Shown here: positions 42,120 through 56,420 of the stretch, in pieces
Numbering within the stretch: position 1 is the first letter of the stretch
Layout: every line of letters begins with the position of its first letter
NCBI GenBank assembly: GCA_951406725.2
Contig: OX597831.1
Location: forward strand, 77,500,001 to 77,564,000
Origin: Octopus vulgaris
Taxonomy: Eukaryota
Reading direction: 5' to 3'
DNA length: 64,000 nt
Notes under the pieces: model-generated
The model's input: the letters and a program-made list of their open reading frames with translations, nothing else
The model's database searches: none
Told to the model about the DNA's origin: nothing
Program-made: the position numbers and the translations under genes

Positions 42120-42280
42120 ATTTTTACTTCTTTGGACTTTTCCCTTTCTCCTTCCCGACGAAGAGCGATACTCGTAACGTCAAACTCTCTTTCCAGCCAA
42201 TGCATGTCTTCTTAGGCACGTTCTGATGTTGTCCGTTTTTATGGCTATTTGAATTGTTTGTGTAATTGAATTGACTATAT
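42120..42280 (+). mobile_element. Diverged copy of the hammerhead-bearing short repeat (core degenerate)
   Basis: ttggactttt...CCGACGA-A-GAGcgataCTC-GTAAC-GTC-aaac. Confidence 0.55.
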
Positions 42281-42323
42281 ATATATATACACACACATAG
42301 ATATAAATATATATACATAAGTG

Positions 42324-42397
<74 letters not shown>

Positions 42398-42449
42398 TTT
42401 ATACTCACACATCCACACACACACATATACTCATCTGTCTACCTCTATA

Positions 42450-42500
<51 letters not shown>

Positions 42501-42818
42501 GTTCGAATGTGTGTGCGCGCGCGAGCGTGTATATATATGCATATATCAGCCGAAATTGCGAGGATGATCCGGTTCTTGACTGAAGATAAAAGGCTTCGAA
42601 TGTGTTTTTTTGTATCGTCTATCTGGATGTTTTGTTGTCCCGTTTTGCGTTCTTGTCCCATTTTGCATTTTATTTTAAACCTAAGAGTATTGCCCGGCGT
42701 TGCTTGGGTTTGTTTCGAGGAAGTCTTACTTATTTACCGTTAGCCATATTGATATTTCATTAACGAACGATGAAGAAGATGGATTTAAAAAATGTTAATT
42801 ATGTAACCATTGCTGAAA

Positions 42819-43173
42819 TGATGATGATGATGTTGATGATGATGATGACGGCAACGACGACGACGACGATGATGATGATGATGATGATGATGATGCTGAA
42901 GATGATGATGATTATGATGATGTGATGCTGAAGATGATGATGATTATGATGATGACGACGACGACGATGATGATGATGATGATGATGATGATGCTGAAGA
43001 TGATGGTTATGATGATGATGATGCTGAAGATGATGATTATGATGATGATGATGACGACGGCGACGACGATGATGATGATGATGATTATGATGATGAAGAT
43101 GATGGTTATGATGATGATGACGATGATGATGATGATGATGATGATGACGACGACGATGATGATGATGAATATT

Positions 43174-43208
<35 letters not shown>

Positions 43209-43473
43209 GATGATGATGATGATGACGACGACGACGACGACGATGATGATGATGATTATGATGATGATGATGTTGATGATGATGATGATGATGATGATGA
43301 AGATGATGACGACGAGGAGAACGATGACACGACGGCGAAGACAAACGACAACGATGATGATGATGATTATGATGATGATGATGGAGAAAAGGAGAAGCAG
43401 AAGCAACATCAACAGCAATAGCGAATGAAGAAGAAGGAAAAGAAATTGACGATGATGATGGTGATGATGATGA
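42819..43473. repeat. (GAT)n/(GAC)n trinucleotide array
   Basis: Direct reading. Confidence 0.95.
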
Positions 43474-43486
43474 ATACAAGAAATAA

Positions 43487-43526
<40 letters not shown>

Positions 43527-43974
43527 GAGAGAGTGAGAGGAAGAGAGTAAGAGGTGTGGAATGAGTGTGGAAGAGAAAGAGGAGGAAGAGGAAAGCGAAC
43601 TGCAGTAATAGAGAGAGGGATAAAGAGAGAGAGGGGAAGAGCATGAGGTAAAGAAAGTGTAGAATACAAGGAAGAATAGAGAAATGCAGAGAAAAAGAGG
43701 AATCAGAGAGAGGGGATGGATGGGGGCGCGGTAGAAAACAAGTGAAGGGGAGGGGAAAGGGGAGAGGAAGATGGGATTAAGAAGCGGAAGAAAGATGAGA
43801 GCGCCACAGGAAGTCAGTGATTTTATGAACTTTAAGACTGAAAGAGGTTTTGTCCCCATCCATTTAATAACATCATTTGAACGGGGCGGAGATCAACTGG
43901 ACAATGGGCAGAGAACAGACGAAGGCGGAAGTAGTAGTGGTGGTAGTAGTGGTGGTGGTGGTGGTGGTGGAAGA

Positions 43975-44292
43975 AGGAGGAGGCGATGCAGAAATTTGAA
44001 GAGAAAGAGAGCGTCGAAAGCAACAAAAGAAAGGAAGGGAGGAAGAAAGAATGAAAGGAAGTAAAGAAGGAAGGAAGGAGGAGAGGAAGAAGGAAAGAAA
44101 GAAAGAAAGAAAGAAAAGAAGAAGGAAAGGAAGAAAGAAAAAAAGAAAGTAAAGTAGGAAGGAAGGAAGAGAGAGGAAGAAGGAAAGAAAGAAAAAAGAA
44201 AGGAAGAAAGAATGAAAGAAAGTAAAGAAGGAAGGAAGGGAGGAAGAGAGGAAGAAGAAAAGGAGGAGGGAAATAAAATGAGAAAAGAAGAA
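43975..44292. repeat. Polypurine (GAAA/GGAA) tract
   Basis: Direct reading. Confidence 0.9.
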
Positions 44293-44631
44293 CGGGTGTC
44301 CACTGGCTTTAAGGACATTTTTTCGGCCATGTCAAACATAAAATTGCCATTGAACAATCGGGATTAGAAAGCAGAGGATTATCCCACTAATGAAGGCTTA
44401 GACGGTGGACGTGAGGACTTCAAAACCCATATCAGCCATTGAAAGGAGGGTAAGAAAATACCAAGTGTATGTACGTGTGTGTGTGTGTGTGTGAAAAAAA
44501 TACTATTTATCTCACCTTAATTACAGGCTAAGCACTGGTGATAGAAAGAAACTGGAAATTTGTTCAATATTTCGACATATTTTGATGATCATTGCCTCGA
44601 GGGAACACGAAGCATGGTGTTAGTGGGATGT

Positions 44632-44666
<35 letters not shown>

Positions 44667-44727
44667 TATATATGCAGTCGGACATGAGTGCTTCTTGTGA
44701 GTAGGTATAAACTCAGTTAAGCACTCA

Positions 44728-44903
<176 letters not shown>

Positions 44904-45166
44904 AGTACATTGCATCTAGAACCATATTCTGTTATCTTAAAATAGGAAAGACGGACAATGAAGTCGACTGGCGTAGTACCCGTGAAAAACGATGAGGATT
45001 AACGCAGCTTTTTTTCATGAATTTCTTATGAATTTGCCTTAAGCTTAGTTATGTTGCCTTTTTATTTATCATTTTGCCTCTTTTCAGTTATTTTTTTCAT
45101 TCTATACTTTCACTTCCTTATTTCTTCTCTATCTTTATGTCTGTCTCCATCTCTCTTTGTATATAT

Positions 45167-45203
<37 letters not shown>

Positions 45204-45245
45204 TGTATGTATGTATGTATGTATGTATGTATGTATGTATGTATA

Positions 45246-46464
45246 TTGAATATTGGCTGTTGGAATGTATGGACACTGCTTGACCGCAAGTGCTCTGAAT
45301 GTCCTGAAAGGACTGCGCTTGTTGCGAAGGAGCTTCAACGTTATGATCTTGACATCGTTGCTTTATCTGAGACGAGATTACCTGGAGTTGGTCATCTTAC
45401 AGAATCTTGTGGAAAATATACATTCTTTTGGAAAGGGAGAGATGAAGAGTTTAGAGGAGAAGCTGGAGTGGCATTTGCTGTTAAGACTACTCTTGTGGAC
45501 AAGTTGGAAGAATTCCCAATCGGAATTAACGAGCGTCTTATGTCCATGAGAATTCCTTTGGCTAAAGGAAATTATGTGACCTTGGTGAGTGTGTATGCTC
45601 CAACTATGTGCTATACTGACGACGAAAAACTTTCTTTCTACCATGCTTTGAAGGGCATTATAAGAAATATCCCTCGGGCAGACAAAGTCATCGTACTGGG
45701 TGACTTTAATGCTAGAGTGGGTAGGTATTTTAACACATGGACTGTAATTGGAAAGCATGGGGTGGGGAAGTGTAATAGTAATGGCATGCTTTTGCTGCAG
45801 ATGTGTGAGGAACTGCGTCTGTATGTTACCAATACCATGTTTCAACAAAAGAATAAGTCTAAGACTACATGGATGCACCCTGCATCTAAAGAATGGCATA
45901 TTCTGGATTACATTCTTGTTAGGGTGCGTGACAGACAATGTGCAGTGTGTTCGTGTTTTTCGTGGAGCTGAGTGTTTGACTGACCACCGCCTAGTACGTG
46001 CAAAAGTGAAATTAGTCACAAAACATAAAATCCGAGCTGCAGGGATTACCCTGCCTAAAAGACTGAATGTTGATCATCTTAGGTGTAATAGTGTGAAGAG
46101 AACTTTACGAGAGGAAATGAATGCTGCAGATATTGGGGAGGATTGGCCGACCCTTAAAAAGTCAGTTTATGATATAGGCAAGAAAGTTCTGGAATTCATA
46201 CAAAGAAAGCATCAAGATTGGTTTAAAGAAAATGATGAACATATAGATGATTTATTGGCTGATAAAAGACGTACTTTGTCACGCTATTTTTCAGCAAAGC
46301 CACAGGAAAGGGAAGTGTTGCATAGGGAACTCAAAGACGTAAAATCACGTATGAGGCAAAGGCTCTCTCAGATGAGGGATACGTGGTGGAGTAAGAAGGC
46401 TGATGAAATACAGGCGACATCAGATTCCAATAACACAAAGCTGTTGTATGGTCTCTTGCGAGAC

Positions 46465-46468
<4 letters not shown>
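45246..46468 (+). pseudogene. RTE-clade LINE fragment: AP endonuclease and linker, frameshifted near 45935, no RT
   Basis: IGCWNVWTL, DIVALSETRL, GVAFAV, SVYAPT, VLGDFNARVG, TWMHP..WHILDYILVR, then LTDHRLV in the next frame. Bounded by (TATG)n and (TA)n. Confidence 0.9.
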
Positions 46469-46536
<68 letters not shown>

Positions 46537-47002
46537 TGTCTTCCCACGTGACCGGCGTTCGGCCAAGCCTGATCTTTCTTTCTTTGTCTGGCCGTTGTCC
46601 GTGTGCAACATCGATATTACTCCCTGTGCCTGTGAAATTTTGTATCCCTGCCGTAAGGCTTTGTTTATGTTTCCAACACACACCACCTTAATTTAATTCG
46701 TCCCTACTCGAAAGACACCTGTTGTTATGTCCTGTTATTATTTTTATTGTATTTGTTTGACATTGTCCGTTTTCTCCGTTCTTGTTTTTGTATGCACTCG
46801 CTGCTTTCTTCAAAGGAATCTAATGTTCTTAGCTTAGTTTTTCCTTGGGGGCTGGCCGGATTGGAGCAATCTCGAGTATAATCAGCCGAAATTGCGAAGA
46901 TAATCTGGTACTCGACTGAGGAAAGAAAACTTCGAATGACCCGTCCTTGGTTTCTTTGTATCGTCTACCTGGATGTTTTGTTGTCTCATTCTTGTCCCAT
47001 TT

Positions 47003-47055
<53 letters not shown>

Positions 47056-47069
47056 ATGTGTGTGTATGC

Positions 47070-47132
<63 letters not shown>

Positions 47133-47447
47133 TAATCTGTTTCCCTTCTTTCGGAGTACTTAGCACGTTTCCTTTCAAGGGTTGCAGAACCAGGGAAATT
47201 AACCAAGCAAAATTTTCTCAGAAAACACACCGTTTTATATAGGAAGATATAATTCTAGATAGAACCAAACTAACGAGAAGGAAAAGTGTTTTGTGTAATG
47301 TATTATAAAATTATAAAACGGGGAAAATGCTGATTGGAACGATGATATAAATTCTTCTGAGGAATTCACAAGCGTATCCTGCGCCAGAGTTAATCTTGAA
47401 GAATATTTCAGTTAAAGAAGAACAGAGAACGACAAACCCATACTCAC

Positions 47448-47615
47448 AAACAGGAGTTCAAGCCCGTGTATAAAAGGTAATATTTCTTGGTGACTTGAGG
47501 TATGAAGCTAATCAGATCCATGAGGTTAGTTCTGAAACTGCCACGAACTGACGAATGAACCGAAAAATAGGAACGTTTATGTATCCGATCAGAATAGATT
47601 TGAGAAATTGTATAT
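47448..47615 (-). other. Candidate 168-nt exon of an unknown transcript
   Basis: Minus strand tatgcAG|...|GTGAGTA. The length is divisible by 3 and one frame is open throughout, but the peptide is not recognised and the polypyrimidine tract is weak. Confidence 0.25.
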
Positions 47616-47979
47616 CTGCATATAAACATATACGCTTATATACAAATGTATTTTCATATGTATAAAAATGTTTTCGATTATAGGGAACAAGCGTTGGAAT
47701 TTTGGGAGAGGGGATAATCGATTATAACGACTCTGTTGCCGAACGGGTACTTATTTTATCGATCTCAAAAGGATGAAAGGCAGAGTCGGCCTTGGCAGAG
47801 TTTGAACTCAGAACGTTAAGCCGGACGAAATGCCGCTAAGTATTTCGTTTGACGTGCTAACCATTCTGCCAGCTCGCCGCCGTTATTCGTGCTTATAATA
47901 ATGATAAAAACTACTTGCAAAGTTAGTTCTGTGTGTGCGTGTATGTACGACAGCGTTCTTAGCAGTAGCTGTCTGTAAT

Positions 47980-48107
<128 letters not shown>

Positions 48108-48216
48108 CTGGCAGAAACATTAGCGCGCCGGGCGAAATGTTTAGCGATATTTCGTCTGTCTTTATGTTCTAAGTTTAAATTCCAGCAAGGTCAATTTTGT
48201 CTTTCATTCTTTCGGA

Positions 48217-48617
48217 TTTTTACCCTTTAAACGGCAGATCGAGAAATATATTTTTTTTGTAACTAAACATTTTCAAACTTCGGACACTGGTAGAATGTTT
48301 CATATAAAGCATCTTTTACTCTTAGTGTTGTTGAGAAAAATTTGTATTTTCAAAGTTATTTCGTGTTAAACTTGTCGTATTTCGGTAATTTCAACCAATC
48401 AATGACATGTATTCAGCTGAATAAAATTACTGCCATTGCTTGTCAACAACAACTTCCGGCGGTGTATATTTCGTTTGTCACTGCTTTGCACTGGTTTTCA
48501 CTTTTCTCAACCACACTGAGTAAAAGATGTTTTATAAGACATTCTACGAGTGTCTGAAATTTGAAAGTGTTTAGTTACAAAAAATTAATTTCTCGATCTG
48601 CCGTTCAAAGGAAAAAG
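48217..48617. mobile_element. MITE with ~120-bp TIRs inserted in a family B SINE (48106-48730)
   Basis: ccctttaaacggcagatcgagaaat...gttgagaaaa versus ttttctcaac...atttctcgatctgccgttcaaagg. Confidence 0.85.
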
Positions 48618-49616
48618 ATTCATCCTTTCAGAGTCGATAAATTAAGTACCAGTTGTGTACTGGGGTCAATCTAATTGACTGGCCGCACCCAAAAAACTTA
48701 GGGCCTTGTACCAAGAGTAGTAAAGAATATTATTTCAAAGGCAATGAAGCGGCAGAATTTTTTGCGCGTCGGACAAAATGAATAACTGAATTTCTTCCGG
48801 CTCTTTATGGTCAAACGCCACCGAGGTATCCTTGCCCTTCATCATTTCAGGTTCGATAAAATGATACCAGTTAGGTACTGGGGTCAAGGTATTCGACTTG
48901 CCCCTTCCCCTAAATTCATTGCACCAATAATTGAAACCACAATAATCATATAAATTTTAGCTTCACACTTGTTTCAGTCATTAGACTGCAGCCAGGCTGA
49001 AGCACCACCTCCAAGCATCGACCCCAATACTCATGCGTCTTTTCAAAGCCTGGTACTTATTCCATCGGTCGCTTTTGGAGAACCGCTAAGTTACATAGAC
49101 GTAAACAAACCAACACCGATTGTCAAACTGTGGTGTCGATCATAGATACGAAGACACAGACACGCACAAATATAGGCACATATAGGATGGGCTTCTTTCA
49201 GTTTCCATCTACCAAAGCCACTCACAATGCTTTGTTTGTCTCAAGGCTACAGTAAAAAACACTTGCCCAAGGTGCCGCGCTGTGCGACTGAACCCTGAAC
49301 TATGTGATTGGAATCTAGCTTCTTACCACAGAGCTACGCCTGCATTTTAATTTTGAATACAAAGCCACAGGTTTCCAATAAGAGATTATAACGGATTATA
49401 TCGATCTTAGTTCTCCTCTGTAGACATCCTTTATCTCTATCGCCATCCAAAACAATGAATGTGAGACTCAACCAAGGTTAGGTTCGAACTCACCACGGAC
49501 GTACGTGAAGCGACGTCGCTAAACACTGCAAGGCTCTCACAATCTGGCCAATCCTGTTAGCCTTTTAGGTATAGATGTGTGTATGACAGCGTGTCTGCGA
49601 GTATGCGTGCGTGTGT

Positions 49617-49681
<65 letters not shown>

Positions 49682-49883
49682 TGTTTCGTGTGTTTGACGG
49701 TACATGTGAAAGGGACCAGATGATTAAATATGCTGTGTACCAACTCAAATACCTTCATATAATTAGGCAAACATTTGTACGTGCAAACCCAGAGTGTATC
49801 TGGATATAGACGTATGCGCAAAAAAAACCCTCACCGTAGCAAATTATAGGTGCGCGTGTGCGTGTGTATGCATCCGTGTACAA

Positions 49884-49940
<57 letters not shown>

Positions 49941-50040
49941 AACACAAATATACACTAATACACATATATGTGTCTATATTAGTACATGAATATGTGTCTG
50001 TGTGCATGTATATATATATGTATATATGTATGTATATATT

Positions 50041-50091
<51 letters not shown>

Positions 50092-50248
50092 AGGCGCAAT
50101 TGCCCAGTGGTTAGGGCAGCGGACTCGCGGTCGTAGGATCTCTGTTTCGATTCCCAGACCGGGCGTTGTGAGTGTTTATTCAAAGGCTAAAACAATGCGA
50201 ACACATTGTGACCAGTGATGTGTAACAACATCTGATGGTCTGGTCGGT

Positions 50249-50305
<57 letters not shown>

Positions 50306-50572
50306 TATATAAATATATATATATATTATATATATATATATAAATATAATATATTATATATATTTATTTATATAAAAATAAATATATGTATATGTATACA
50401 TATAATATAAATATATGTATATATTTATGTGTGTGTGTGTACATACATATATATATATATATATATAAAGTTAATCCAAACATGAAAACACAAAAGAAAA
50501 CACAACAACGTGAGGACGTGGAACAAATATAGTATTATTGGACGCGTTCAGGAAAGAAGGGAAGAAGGATGG

Positions 50573-50607
50573 ATTCGACGTTTCGAGCGGAGCTCTTCGT
50601 CAGAAAC
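50573..50607 (-). ncRNA. Minimal type I hammerhead ribozyme with an intact core, in the repeat at 50465-50678
   Basis: Minus strand gttt-CTGACGA-A-GAGC-tcc-GCTC-GAAAC-GTC-gaat; GUC cleavage triplet. Confidence 0.75.
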
Positions 50608-50702
50608 ATAGGAAAAGGAAAGATCCAGAGAAGGGAAGACGGAGGAAAAAAATCGCCAACAGTACACACGCGGTCACATATATATATACATATATTTATA
50701 TT

Positions 50703-50745
<43 letters not shown>

Positions 50746-51456
50746 ATATATTTATATTATGTATATATGTATGTGTGTGTATGTAAGTATATATATAAAG
50801 ATATATATTTGCACATACACAATCACACAAACATTGTTAAGCGCATAAATATCTACAAACTTGTATGTTTATATATATATACTCACACACGTGTGTATAT
50901 ATACTCACACACATACATACCGGTGTATACCTCATAACCTATGTGTTATGTTTTTTCACGATCCTTGTCTGTCCTCTTCTTCGTGGATGCTTTTTACCAG
51001 GGTTGGCGGAGGTTTGTTTTAAACGGGTATATAAGGGTGGGTGTATGTTTTAACGGGTACTTGCATTCTATATTTACGATATGTGCGTGACATTCTGGCG
51101 TGGCTACTGTAATTGATTGGTTTGTTGTTGTAGCTGTTGTTCATGATGATGATGATGATGATGATGATGACAGCGACGACTACTATGACGAGGGCCATGA
51201 TGATGGCGATGACGGGGATTTGAATGCAGAAAATAGCGAGCCGCAGTAATTGTTCGATCCTCTAACAATTCAAATAAAATAGTTTCCAATTTTCACGCAA
51301 GGCCTGCAGCTTTACGGAGAGGGGTTTAGTCAATTGCACACCAAATATTAATCGCTTACATCATGTATTATACATACATACATGCATATATATACATATA
51401 CATATATATATACATATATATATGCATACATATTTATCTATCTATCTATCTATCTA

Positions 51457-51508
<52 letters not shown>

Positions 51509-51527
51509 TATATACATATAAATACAT

Positions 51528-51596
<69 letters not shown>

Positions 51597-52314
51597 TGTG
51601 TATGTATATGTATATATGCATTGTATATACATATACATTTACATTTGTTAACTTGTTTCCAGGCAAGCAGACTGTTTTTTTTTTTTTTGTTTTTTAATGG
51701 CATTTCAGTTTTAGTGAAATATCGACTGTTGTAGCTGCTTCATCTCTTCATTTGCAGACGGTGCCATTTGCCACCAAGTGATCGTTCTTTTTCCTTTTTA
51801 AGCGAAGAGAATAATACCCATCGGTTTGGAGCCCCAGGAATGCCAAAATTAAGGGTTGAAGCGAGTAATAGAAAAAAGAATAAACTGTCGGTGTATATAT
51901 ACTCGTTTACTCTTTTACTTGTTTCAGTCATTTGACTGCGGCCATGCTGGAGCACCGCCTTTTAGTCGAGCAAATCGACCCCGGGACTTATTTTTTGTAA
52001 GCCCAGTACTTATTCTATCGGTCTCTTTTGCCGAACCGCTAGGTGACGGGGACGTAAACACACCAACATCGGTTATCAAGCAATGCTAGGAGAACAAACA
52101 CAGACACACAAACACTTACACACACACACACACATGTATATATACATATATACGACAGGCTTCTTTCAGTTCCCGTCTACCAAATCCACTCACAAGGCAT
52201 TGGTCGGCCCGGGACTATATCAGAAGACACTTGCCCAAGGTGCCACGCAGTGGGACTGAACCCGGAACCATGTGGTTGGTTAGCAAGCTACTTACCACAC
52301 GGCTCACTCCTGCG

Positions 52315-52382
<68 letters not shown>

Positions 52383-52793
52383 CATACACATGCACAACGT
52401 ACACACGTACAGTCCGACGATGGCTAAACTCATTGGAACTTCGAAGTCACTGTCAACGGTATTCTTGCTTAAACAAACACCTGTACTCTCCAAAGGGATA
52501 CGGCAACCCCTCAGATTAATGTGAAATGTCTATTATAACAAAACATCAAAACAAAATTTACCCACTCACATATATATATTTATGTACACACACACACACA
52601 CACATACACATATATGCTTATGCATACAAATACATGCATGTATATATAATTTAAGTCTCTTTAACATACCACATACATACACTCGCGCACACATAAATGC
52701 ACACGCCTACAAATAGATAGAAATATATAGAAAGATAGATAGATAAATAAATAAGTGGATAGACAGATACAGTGATAGAGAGATATAGGGAGT

Positions 52794-52829
<36 letters not shown>

Positions 52830-53384
52830 TGCATACATGTATATATATATATATGTGCGTGTGTGTATAAACACATACATACATCCATTCATCCATACAT
52901 ACATATTTCACTGTTTAACCAATAAAATTACTTAAACAACCAACAAAGACCAGACAAAAAAAGGAACAGGGTGGGAAAACGAGTGGATTGGGGGTGGGGG
53001 TGAAAGGAAAAGGGACAGCATTAACCCCCGTAAAAATGACCTGAGATAGAGGTGTATTACTTTGATGTCTGATAGGAAAATGGAATGCCTTAAAGGCGAT
53101 CTGGGGGTATGTGTGGTCTGGAGGTTGACAGAAGGGGGCAATAAGGATGTGTGGGGGGTGGCGTGCGGAGATAAATGTTTGGTTTAGCATGGGCGGGAAG
53201 CGGGGAAAGGCGGAGATGGTGGCGGGGCAAGAGATTTAGGTGATCGACTGAAATACCTTGAGAGGCACGCATATAATTAAAATGTCTTTCCCTTTCTCTT
53301 GCTGCAAATTTATGGGACCTCGAACAACTCCTACGTCGACAACAACAACAGCAGTAACTAATACTGGTACCACTGCTAATAATA

Positions 53385-54870
53385 ATCCTTTCTGCTAGAA
53401 GTACAAGGCCTGAAATTTGGGGAGAGGGGACCAGTCGATTACATCGACCCCCCCAGCGCTCATCTGGTACTTATTTTATCCACCACGAAAGGATAAAAGA
53501 CAAAGTCGACCCCTGCAGAATTTGAACTCAGAACGATTTTTATTTCTTTACTGCCTACAAGGGGCTAAACACAGAAGGGACAAACAAGGACAGACAGACG
53601 GATTAAGTCGATTATATCGACCCCAGTGCGTAACTGGTACTTAATTTATCGACCCCGAAAGGATGAAAGGCAAAGTCGACCTTGGCGGAATTTGAACTCA
53701 GAACGTAACGGCAGACAAAATACCACCAAGTATTTCGCCCGGCGTGCTAACGTTTCTGCCAGCTCACCACCACTCAGAACGATTATGCCACCAGGCAACT
53801 GTTATTCTTTTCTACTGTCGGCACAAGGCCTGAAATACCGGAGTGGCGGGGGGGAGGTCCAGTCGATTACATTAAGCATTTATTGTTCGGCTTGCTTACA
53901 ATTCGTCCGGCTCACAGCCGCCAAGAGATAATGATCATTTCTATTAAAAGCACAAGGTCTGAAATTTTGTGGGAAGGGGATTACTCCATTATATCGACCC
54001 CAGTGTTTCACTGGTACTTAATTTATCGATCCCGAAAGGATGAAAGATAAAGTCGACCTCGGCGGAATCTGAACTCAGAACGTAGCGATATTTTGTCCAG
54101 CGTGCTAACGGCCCTGCCCCCTCGCTGCCTTCCGCCAACAGATAATAATAACGATAACAACAACAACAATAATAATAATGAAGTTGACATAATCGTTAGC
54201 CCACCGGATAAAATGCATGGTGGCATTTCATTCGATCTTTCGTTCTGAGTTCTAATTCTGCTGAGGTTGGCTTTGTCTTTCATCCTTTCGGGGTCGGCGA
54301 ATTAGGTACCAGTTGGGGAACGGGGTCGATGAAAAACGACTTCGTCCAGTGTATTTGTGATAAATTTGTTTTCTTCTTACTTAAGATTTACTTATTAATT
54401 AAAATAGTAATTTGTTTTACACTGAAAACCAATACAGTTGAAGGAAGAAAGAAAAACAATCATGTTTTGAAAAATATGTGTAAGCATCATCTGGATTCGA
54501 ACCTTCACCCTAAACTTTCAAAATTAAAGCAAGAGAAACAAAATGTGCCCCAAGGTCAGCAAATCTGGTATAAATCGACCACATCGATCCCAGAAGTTGG
54601 ATTCTACTTATTTCATCGACCCTCAAAGGATGAAAGACAAAATCAACCACAGCGGGATTTTGAACACAGAGCATAAGGAACCGGAGTAAATGTTTTTAAG
54701 CATTTTGTCCGGACACGTTAACTATTCTGCTAGTAAGATGATTAATTATTGGGGGTGTGAATTGCCCAAGACTCTTTCGGAATCGCTGGACTGTCAGAAA
54801 AAAATGCTTTGCATTATTTGTGCTGGTTCTTTACACTTTGAGTTCAAATCCCGCCGAGGCCAAATTTGTG
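53385..54870. mobile_element. Cluster of nested family B SINE copies
   Basis: At least 6 copies or fragments. The copy at 53539-53771 sits inside another with the 13-bp TSD actcagaacgatt. Confidence 0.85.
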
Positions 54871-54910
54871 TCTTTTACTTCTTTCAGTCTTTCGACTGCG
54901 GGTCGATGGA

Positions 54911-55132
54911 CAGGGTTGGCCAAAAGTCACCCGACAGTAAATCAAAACTCCCTAAGTACTCAATATTCAGTTTTATTTATTCATTCCAATTATGAATGTT
55001 TAATAAATGAATGCTGTGAGTAAAATTACCGGATTTTTTAAAAACATTCCTCCATTTATTAGCGAAGTCTAATGTAAAATAATTTTTGGTTTTAATCTTG
55101 ATTTACTGAAAGGTGACTTTTGGCTAACCCTG
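54911..55132. mobile_element. Tc1/mariner-type MITE
   Basis: TIRs cagggttggccaaaagtcacc...cagtaaatcaa and ttgatttactg...ggtgacttttggctaaccctg. Confidence 0.8.
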
Positions 55133-55350
55133 TTTGTATAGTAGTAGTAGTAGTAGTAGAGGATATTCTCAACCGGAGGCCGTATGAATCTTGAGGTCCA
55201 CATAAAATTTTGTTAAAATTTATCTGCAATAAACTAGTTATACTTTTACAATACACAAAATATTTTAACAATTTTTTTTTGTACAATTCCTAATAAAAAT
55301 TATAAAAATATAATATAATGGGAGTTTCTTTTCAACATTGAATGTGTATA

Positions 55351-55584
55351 TATTTCTTTATTGCCCACAAGGGGCTAAACACAGAGGGGACAAACTAGGA
55401 CAGACAAAGCGATTAAGTCGATTACATCGACCCCAGTGCGAAACTGGTACTTTATTTGTCGACCCCGATAGGATGAAAGGCAAAGTCGACCTCGGCGGAA
55501 TTTGAACTCAGAACGTAACGGCAGACGAAATACGGCTACGCATTTCGCCCAGCGTACTAACGTTTCTGCCAGCTCGCCGCCTCT
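55351..55584 (-). mobile_element. SINE family B, full length and young
   Basis: Perfect 16-bp TSD acattgaatgtgtata at 55335-55350 and 55585-55600. Confidence 0.9.
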
Positions 55585-56389
55585 ACATTGAATGTGTATA
55601 AGGGTCCAGCAGAGTAGAATAGAAATTGAAGGGGTCCATAGAAAAAAAAAACCGATAGAGAAACATTGAGTTACAGCCATAACAAAAGTCACAGGAGAAA
55701 CATATAAATAATGATCCCATTGAGAGCAAAGGTGTTGCTCTGCGGTTGGGAATCTGTCGTGTAATGTGTTGTGTGGGTGTGAAGGACATGGCGGGAACGG
55801 CTTATGCATTCGTAGTGGTGTATGGCGGGGAGGGAGGCTGACAAGAAATTATATTGTCCCTGACTAAGGAAATGCTGCCAGATACGGAAATTGTTGAATG
55901 GATTAACCTCTCACCATCACCACCATCATTATCACTATTATCATCGAGCAACATGTCGGATTGGCCCCGTGTGACATGAGAACTGAAAGAAATTGTAGGG
56001 GTGTGTTTTGTTTTGCTTTTTTTTAATTCTATTTTCTGCGCTCAGGTTGGTGACAGTTTACTGTCTGTCCTCTTATTACACACGGTATGGCACACCCTTA
56101 ACTAGAGAGGTGTGGGGCGGGGACGACCTTTATGCACGACAGTCCCTGCTTGTGACGTTTATCTCGATCCACGAAAGCATATTACAATGGTCGACGGTTA
56201 TTCGGTTGGTCCCACGACATTTCCTAGCAGCTGCCGAGTTGGACGTGTCTGTCTGTCTGTCTGTATGTGTGTATGTGTGTATGTATGTATGTATGTATGT
56301 ATGTATGTATGTATGTATGTATGTATGTATGTAGGTATGTATGTATGTAGGTATGCATGTAGGTATGTATGTGTGTAGGTAGGTAGGTG

Positions 56390-56420
<31 letters not shown>

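Noticed and set aside
46840-46950. Hammerhead-like strings (ggctgg...cagccGAAA; CTGAGGA...GAA), also at 420-480 and 42545-42600
   Set aside because: The core is incomplete: there is no CUGANGA before the first stem and no GAAA or stem I for the second.
56046-56084. Possible micro-exon after a T-rich tract and CAG
   Set aside because: Weak donor (GTATGG), very short, and no other support.
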